DNA of 64,000 nucleotides, from NCBI GenBank assembly GCA_964016885.1, contig OZ024748.1, forward strand, positions 13,950,001 through 14,014,000. The letters are read 5' to 3'. This stretch comes from Eledone cirrhosa. Its lineage: Eukaryota. Shown here piece after piece: positions 54,991 through 64,000 of the stretch. A model generated the notes under the pieces. It made no database searches and was not told the origin of the DNA. It saw only the letters and a program-made list of their open reading frames with translations. The translations under genes and the position numbers were made by a program. Each line of letters begins with the position of its first letter. Position 1 is the stretch's first letter.

Positions 54991-55949
54991 AGACACGGAC
55001 ACACGTAAACACATATTTCTAAAATGAAACCGATGTTTCTCGTTTTTACATAATTTAATAATGAATACAAGGAAAGCAAAATAGACATTTTAGATGTAAA
55101 AAATAGTAAATAGTGCAACAGAATTGATTCCTGACAATGCTCTAATGATTTATAGATCACTGATATTTTTAACTAATTTTTTCTATTAATTGTTTTGTAA
55201 CAAATTCTTAATTACAGGTTTAGAAAATCATGACCCTTTGGTTGAAAAATTTATATTTTTACTCATTTAATTTAACATGTCTCGATTGGTTTATTTCATT
55301 TTCTTTCTTGTTTTTATTACTAATGATGTACGTTTGTGGACAATACACGGCAAAGTTTCATGACAGAAATTCTATAAAATATTTTAACTAAAGAAAATTT
55401 CATTTTCGTTTTATTATTGCTTTCAATATATCCTCATTTAATATTCATAGTGTAAGGTGGAGAATTCTCAGCATGGTTAGTATGTCGCATATAATGCTTA
55501 GTGTTATTCCTTTCGGCTGTTTCCTCACAGAGTTCAAATCTTGCCAAAGTCAACTTTGCCTTTCACCTAGTCAGGCTTGATAAAAAAAGTACCAGTCTAA
55601 TATTGGGGTCGATTCTTCCTCTATATCTATAACTCGCTTCCATTCTCCCACTCCCTATCCTTCGTTGGAAGAAATCTGCTGTACATCAAACCTGGTGAAG
55701 AGATGAGCGACGCCAAGTTTAAAAAAAATCCATAGAAACGTACAATATCAATACAGCGCCCCTACGTCTCACACAGAGGTTACAAGGCATTTTTTACCAT
55801 TGTATCAATTATTAACCAACATTACGCTAAGTAGCCATTTCAGAGCCCTAAATATTATAATATTCAATATTATATAAATGAAAAGTATAGAAATTAGTGT
55901 AGCAAGAAGCCAACAGTATTCCATAATATATAATATATATATTATATAG

Positions 55950-56014
<65 letters not shown>

Positions 56015-56016
56015 TA

Positions 56017-56056
<40 letters not shown>

Positions 56057-56162
56057 CATATATATACATATATATACATATATATACATATATATATATA
56101 CATATATATATATACATATATATATATATACATATATATATATACATATATATATACATATT

Positions 56163-56362
<200 letters not shown>

Positions 56363-56365
56363 AAT

Positions 56366-56533
<168 letters not shown>

Positions 56534-57513
56534 CCGGAACACTAATATCAATAAAGACTTATTGTAAGGAATTGAATTATTAAAAATACCATCCCCCAAT
56601 GAAGTCATACTTCTCTTTTTTCAGAAATAGTTTGGTGTACCAAGGAATTTCCTTTTATTCTACTTCAATATATATATACATATATATACATATATACATA
56701 TATATATACACACACATGTGTATATATATACATGTTTATGTATATATATATAAATTGGGTGTGCAGGCGCGTGACAGTCAGATAGTTACTGTACTCAGTT
56801 GATTTAACAGCTTACATCTAAATTATGTCTGAAAGATAGCTTTATCTATGGAAGGTATTTCTAGAAACCATGTTCGTTCATTAATATGCACGTAGGGTAT
56901 TTGGGAAAGACGAGAATGGAAAAAGTGAGAAGTGACATCGCATGTGCTCAGGAATACTAGCTAAGCGAACTAATCCATCAAATACACACTGGATTGAAAG
57001 CAATTTATTTAAACAGATACAATATGCTGATTGACTTAGTATATTAGCATGAGGAAAGCGATAACTACTCATAAAAGAATATGTGTAGAGAATAAATTAA
57101 ATAGATTATTAACAGCACACTTACACACACACATATATATATATATATAAAAACATATATATTTATATATATACATATATATATGTGTGTGTGTGAGTGT
57201 GTGTGGGTGCGTGTGCGTGTGTCTGTAAGAAGAAGAAGAAGAAAAAGGAGGAGGAAAAGAAGAAGGTCTGTGGTTTAAATAATACACGTTCGAATCTAAA
57301 GAACCTAACAGAAAATATGAATACAAGCGTTAAATTCTTCAAGATCAATAACTACCATGATTGGTTATAAAGGGTTGGGACGAGAAGGAGGGAACAATAT
57401 GGAAAGCTTTTTAATAAAGGAAGAAAGAAAACATCTCATTTATATCCTTATTCAATGCTGATCCACAGAAACAGGTGAAAGGAATTTGTTGGGTAGAAGC
57501 AGCAGCAGACTTT

Positions 57514-57567
<54 letters not shown>

Positions 57568-57721
57568 AATAAATAAACAAAGATTTGGTGTTGCATCATA
57601 ACATATTTAATCACATATTACATATGTTTCACTATCGATCAGTCGAGGAACCACCTGTTATTGACCGAACCTGACTCTGTAAGCGAAAGATCATCAGATA
57701 TGTTTCCTATGTCATCTCGTG

Positions 57722-57759
<38 letters not shown>

Positions 57760-58758
57760 GTTGTGTGTATTTGTAATCGTAAATTAATAAGGGAAAACCT
57801 GCAGAGTTTGTAGTATTTGTTGTTTGTTATATATATATACATCCCAGATATCATTCGGTTACCAATTACGGGTGGAACTTGTCAGATTGGACCAAGGAAG
57901 CAATATTTACACTGTTTTTTCCTATTGCTAATACTGGCAACCGATGGCATCTCCTGACAGAAGGAGCGTCCCGAAATAAAGTACCTTGTTCAATGATAAG
58001 ATCGACAAGATTAAGTGAGGATGGAACTTGTCAGATCTTACCAAGTAAAAATTATTTATATTGGTCTTTAGTGTTTCTGATACGTGCAGTTGGAGTAATT
58101 TCCAGCCAGAAGGATCAACGTGAAATAAATTGCCTTGCTCAATTAAGGACATGACGCGTTTTCAAGTTTGAGAATCGAACTCGCAACAATTGTAAATCAA
58201 TCTCTCTACCCATTATGACGGGCACCTTCAGAAATTGAATTATTTGCGGTCGATTTAATTGACTTTCCCGCCTTCTTGCCTAAATTGTTGGCCTTGTGCT
58301 TAAACCAGAAACAATTATTCTAATCATTTGAATAATTATTTTCATAAATCAAAACAATTCCAAGTTCCAAGATATTTGACACATATTTTTTTTTAAATAT
58401 TTCCACAATCAATAAATCACCAATATGTAATGCTGTACTTTATCTTTAGCATAGCAAGCAGTATTTGATTCTCCGCCTACATTAATTGTGAAGAGAATGA
58501 TAAAAAGGTCGCTCTACCGAAGCAAGGACATCATATTTAAGCCCACTGCACACTAGTCTGCATCAACCTAAACTAAATGTATCTTTATTCCATCAGAATA
58601 TCCTCCTTCTCCTATGCAGAAAAATTATTATAAGAAAATTATTGCAACGCATGCGTGATTCTCATATCTTGCTACCTTGATTGATCAAGAAAAAACGCGT
58701 ATACAGACACATTATATATTTATATATTTATATATATATATATATATATACACATATT

Positions 58759-58789
<31 letters not shown>

Positions 58790-59020
58790 GATACATACAA
58801 ATAAATATACATATACACAAATATATACATACATATATATACATATATCTATATATATAGATATATACACATATATGTATACACACACATATATATACAC
58901 ATATATACACACACATATATATATATACACACATATATATATATACACACATATATATATATACACAAATATACATACATATACATATATATACACACAT
59001 ACACACGTACACACATACAC

Positions 59021-59087
<67 letters not shown>

Positions 59088-59107
59088 ATATTATATATAA
59101 ATATATA

Positions 59108-59161
<54 letters not shown>

Positions 59162-59203
59162 GGAGAGGGGGAGAGAAATATATATACATATATACATACA
59201 GAC

Positions 59204-59270
<67 letters not shown>

Positions 59271-59631
59271 CGTAATAATGGGCGGCAGTAGAGGGTGGTT
59301 ACGGAATAGTGAAACTATAAAACCTTCAAATCGATAACCTTCTGATCACAAATATCATTGTTATGTTTCTAGCGACTGTTATCTACATAACATCGATTTA
59401 TCGATCTCAAAGTTTTGTATGTCGAGGTTTTTCAAGCAAAAGCCATGCATGACTCCTTTGTTCTTGTTAAATTGTTTGGAGATGAAAGGATCACAATTCG
59501 GTTTTTTCCATTTACTTCCCCCTTTATTTCAATTATGCCCAATTATGTCTCCACGTGTTGATGATGTACAATTGTAACAATAGATGTAACAGCAGGAGAG
59601 AACGGAACACTGATTTTCCACACAAACGGAG

Positions 59632-59874
<243 letters not shown>

Positions 59875-60006
59875 GTATATATATATATATATATATACAT
59901 ATATTTACATATATAAATATATATATACATATATTTACATATACTTATATATATATATACACACACACATATATATATATATACACACACACATATATAT
60001 ATATAT

Positions 60007-60041
<35 letters not shown>

Positions 60042-60841
60042 GAGTTTATATGCATATACATCTATCTATGTAAATATAAACATATATATATATCTATATA
60101 CTATATGTACATACACATTATATATATATATAGATACATGTATGTATATATATATATATATATATATATAATTATATACTCTATGATATATATATATATA
60201 TATATATATATCAGTACATACATGTAAACTAATAACAAATATTAAGCGAAGAACAAGCAAAACACCATTTGTATGCGTTTGTATGATACCGAACAAAATA
60301 TCAAAAATAGACAATTTTGAATCAGTATCACAAACAACGATAATAACAGTAATAATATAACAAAAAACAACAAGCATAATAACCACAACAGCACTATATG
60401 AAGATAAAAAGACAATAGCAATGAGTGATATGTAGCTGGTAATAAAAAGAAATATATATATATGAAGGAAGTGATTATTAATATTGCCAAATTGATAAAT
60501 GTAGTTTCTGTTAGTTATTGATAGCGACTATGATGTGCTGCTGTGTTTGTTCAAAACCTCTTTGGTCTGCACAAACTATGGATTATCTTTGTAGCTGAAT
60601 ACTTAAACAGATTCATAAGTAACTTAAGGTAACAAGCCCTAGATATGACTTTCAATGAGGACGCGGTACAACTAATGGAAACACAATAGATTATCATATC
60701 ATTTGCCGACAATCATATAAATAAGCGCACACGAACACACTCACACATTATATAAACACACACACATATAAACACACATACATATAAACACACACACACA
60801 CACTCATAAACACACACACATATAAACACATACACACATAA

Positions 60842-60872
<31 letters not shown>

Positions 60873-60929
60873 AACACACACACGCACATATATATATGTA
60901 TATATATATATATATTTAATAATAATAAT

Positions 60930-61100
60930 AATTGTTTCTATTTTTGGCACAAGGCCAGCAATAACCCAGTGTATTACTGGTACCTTATATCATCGACCCC
61001 GTAAGGATGAAAGGCATAGTTAACCTCGGCCGGATTTGAACTCAGACCATAAAGGGCCGTAACTCTTTGCTTCAAAGCATAACGTCCGATCCTCTACCGA
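60930..61100 (-). mobile_element. Nin/Deu-domain SINE in (AAT)n
   Basis: Consensus match. Confidence 0.9.
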
Positions 61101-61467
61101 TACTGCCAATCCACCATCCTTATGAATAATAATAATAATAATAATAATAAAAATAATGTTTCCTTTATTAACCACAAGGGTTTACATAAAGTAGACATTA
61201 AGGACAGTACATGACAATACAGGACGGTACAAATGGGGATTTCTGCGTGTAAAAAAAACAGAGGATGTAAAAAAAAATAACAATAAAAATATTATCATAA
61301 CCAAAGTATACATTTTCGTATACATAATTCAAAGGTACAATGTTGTTTCAGTAGTACGTTTTCATGAGATAAAATATATAAGAGATTGGATATGCGACAT
61401 ACAGCTAAGGTCTTGAATCTTCAATTCCTGTAGTGGTTATATATATATATATATAACCACTACAGGA

Positions 61468-61500
<33 letters not shown>

Positions 61501-61526
61501 TAATGGATCGTAACTTGAAGAAAATT

Positions 61527-61714
61527 AATTGTTTCTACTTTAGGCACAAGGCCAGCAATTACACAGTACATTACTGGTATTTTATTTTATCGACCCCGTA
61601 AGGATGAAAGGCAAAATTAACCTTGGCGGGATTTGAACTCAGACCGTAAAGGGACGTAACTATGCTAGAAAGCATGGCGTCCAACCCTCTACCGATACTG
61701 CCAATTCACCGCCC
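61527..61714 (-). mobile_element. Nin/Deu-domain SINE with TSD
   Basis: Consensus match. GAAGAAAATTAAT on both flanks. Confidence 0.92.
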
Positions 61715-61928
61715 GAAGAAAATTAATGATGGTACTTTTGACACCTTGTTCCAATATAATATCATTGTTATCCCGCCGTGTTTAACTTTGCCTTTCATCC
61801 TTACATGGTCGATAACAAGTACCAGTCACGCACTGGGGTCGATTTAATCGCCTTTCCTCTCCCCCAAATGTGCTGCCCTTGTGCCTATATAAGTAATCGT
61901 TACTATTATTATTATTATTATTATTATA

Positions 61929-62122
61929 GGGCGGTGGATTGGCAGTATTGGGAGATGGTCGGACGCCATGCTTTGACGTATAGAGTTACGGCCTTTGCCA
62001 TTCTGAGTTCAAATCCCGCCGAGGTTAACTTTGCCTTTCATCCTTACGGGGTCGATAAAATAAAGTACCAGTAATACACTGGGTAATTGCTGGCCTTGTG
62101 CCTAACGTAGAAACAATTATTA
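61929..62122 (+). mobile_element. Nin/Deu-domain SINE (preceded by partial long-variant copy 61780-61900)
   Basis: Consensus match. Confidence 0.92.
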
Positions 62123-62244
62123 TTGCATGTCTTGTGTCTAAATCAAAAATATTAATTATTATTATTTATTTTATATATATATAAATATTCACACACACTA
62201 GAAAGAACAAGACGAGGTTTCACAATGATTATATATATATATAT

Positions 62245-62542
62245 AAATATTGTGGAAAGGTTTGCTTGAGCAAATCTGGTCTCAGGAGCCACAGTCGCAG
62301 CCATGTTCAAAGAGAACCAGTGAACTATGATCTCCACGGTGTTGTGAGGGTTCACAGTCAACCTGATGCAGGACCTCGAGCCAGAGAGATCCATAGTTGT
62401 CATCAGTGTACGAAGTAGTGCAAGTCACTAGTGGGCTTGAAAAGCCATATCCGAGCGTCACACATCCGAATCTGACAAGAAATTGCAATACTCTTGGCTG
62501 CCATCTCTTGGCAATAGTCTTGGTAGAGTTTGCAGCCATCAT
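62245..62542 (+). pseudogene. 3' end of an RTE-like LINE encoding two C2H2-like zinc fingers
   Basis: Frame 62245-62475: KYCGKVCLSKSGLRSHSRSH...HSCHQCTK*CKSLVGLKSHIRASHIRI*. Stop at 62416; short UTR ending GCAGCCATCAT; (TA)n on both sides. Confidence 0.65.
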
Positions 62543-62562
62543 ATATATATATATATATAAAT

Positions 62563-62593
<31 letters not shown>

Positions 62594-62596
62594 AAT

Positions 62597-62645
<49 letters not shown>

Positions 62646-62712
62646 AATATATATATATATAAATATATATATATATAAATATATATATATATAAATATAT
62701 ATATATATAAAT

Positions 62713-62770
<58 letters not shown>

Positions 62771-64000
62771 ATTGGAGGCTTAGTAAAATAGAATCTTTGG
62801 CGGTGTGCAAGCAAATTCGACCTACGATATGAATGAGTTAGCAAAGCACTAGGTCCTAAGAGTAATAACATACGTTTAAATAGCTTGACAAATTGAACAT
62901 TGTGGTAGGCAAAATCTAACACAATACCAAAGTAACGAAAGAACTAACAGGATCGTTCTTGTTACTAGCTTTCCGCCCGTCAGTTCATGTGTAGCTAGAA
63001 AACAACACCTCATTCTTGATGAAATTAGATTCATAGGATCTTTTTCTGGTCTCTTAGTAATTTGCTATATGAATTATTGGCCATTCTTCATAGAATTTGT
63101 AAAGTGCAGAACATATACAATTAGCCATTCCATTGAGATTAATTTTCGAACATTGTGATTCCAATGAATTTCTGTTTTAACTTGAAATTGGAAATATATT
63201 CTTCCCTCCTGATTTCCTCCTCTTCTTCCACTTCGCCCTCCTACTCTCTTCTTCATCTTATTTTTGTTCTTGTTTTTTGTTCTTCCTTCTCCTAATCCTA
63301 TATCCCCTACTCCTCCAGCTATCCCCCTACTCATCTTCCTACATTGCTTTTCCTTCTTTTACCTCTCCTACTGACCTCCTCATTTTTTCTCATCATATCA
63401 GCATCTCCTTCGGCATCCTCCGCTCCCATCCTTCTCTCCAGCTCTCTTCCTCCAATATCCTCTTTACTTCTACTATTTTCCTCTCACCATCTTCACATCA
63501 TCATCATCATCATCATCATCATCTTTATTCTCCGTTTGGTTGTTGTTTTTTTCTTCTATATTATGTAAGGTTGCTGAGGTCATTCTGATCTCTTTTCGTT
63601 TTCAATTTTTTTTTCAGTTTTTATTGGTTCCCCACCCACCTTTTGCCCTTTAAATCCTTGCTCCGAATCTCATAGAAAACCATTTTTCGCCAGCCATGTT
63701 CATCTCTGATTTCATTATTTAGTCGTTCGTTGCAAGAGCAAACATAACGAAAATAAAAATAAAAATAAGGCAAAAGTAACATACAAAAAACATAAGAAAA
63801 TAAATAAATTTTAAAAAAGCGGGAAAAATTCCCAAAGTTCTTGAAACCATGATTTTGTGGTAGAAATCGATCATATTTCTTATTGCTACAGAACCAATAA
63901 TTGCTTCGGAAATAAAAGAATTAACAGAGAAAAACTAAAATCAGATACACAACCATTTTCCCAATTTAGCTAATTAGTTATACATAAATATTGATTATAT

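Noticed and set aside
57660-57705. Minus-strand CTGATGA as hammerhead
   Set aside because: No GAAA or stem III at a suitable position.

Overview
AT-rich, repeat-dense eukaryotic non-coding DNA, most likely from a coleoid cephalopod (Octopus-like). The organism is inferred from the tRNA-derived Nin/Deu-domain SINEs and the extreme (TA)n/(CA)n/(GA)n microsatellite load. I see no convincing host gene, and almost all ORF-track entries are translated microsatellites. Supported features: about 15 SINE copies, an RTE-type LINE fragment with an inverted 5' part, an RTE-like zinc-finger 3' end, an internally deleted mariner, a non-autonomous Helitron, small MITEs, a 5.9 kb 34-bp minisatellite and a 40-bp CpG-rich minisatellite. 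The most striking signal is more than ten type I hammerhead ribozyme (HHR) motifs from several non-coding families, nearly all embedded in (TA)n tracts. Two occur as partial tandems (451-nt and ~655-nt units), like retrozymes or non-autonomous Penelope-like elements. Many others form long fold-back palindromes whose turning point lies at the ribozyme core. All pairings were read by eye; ribozyme activity, circular RNA formation and family novelty are untested.
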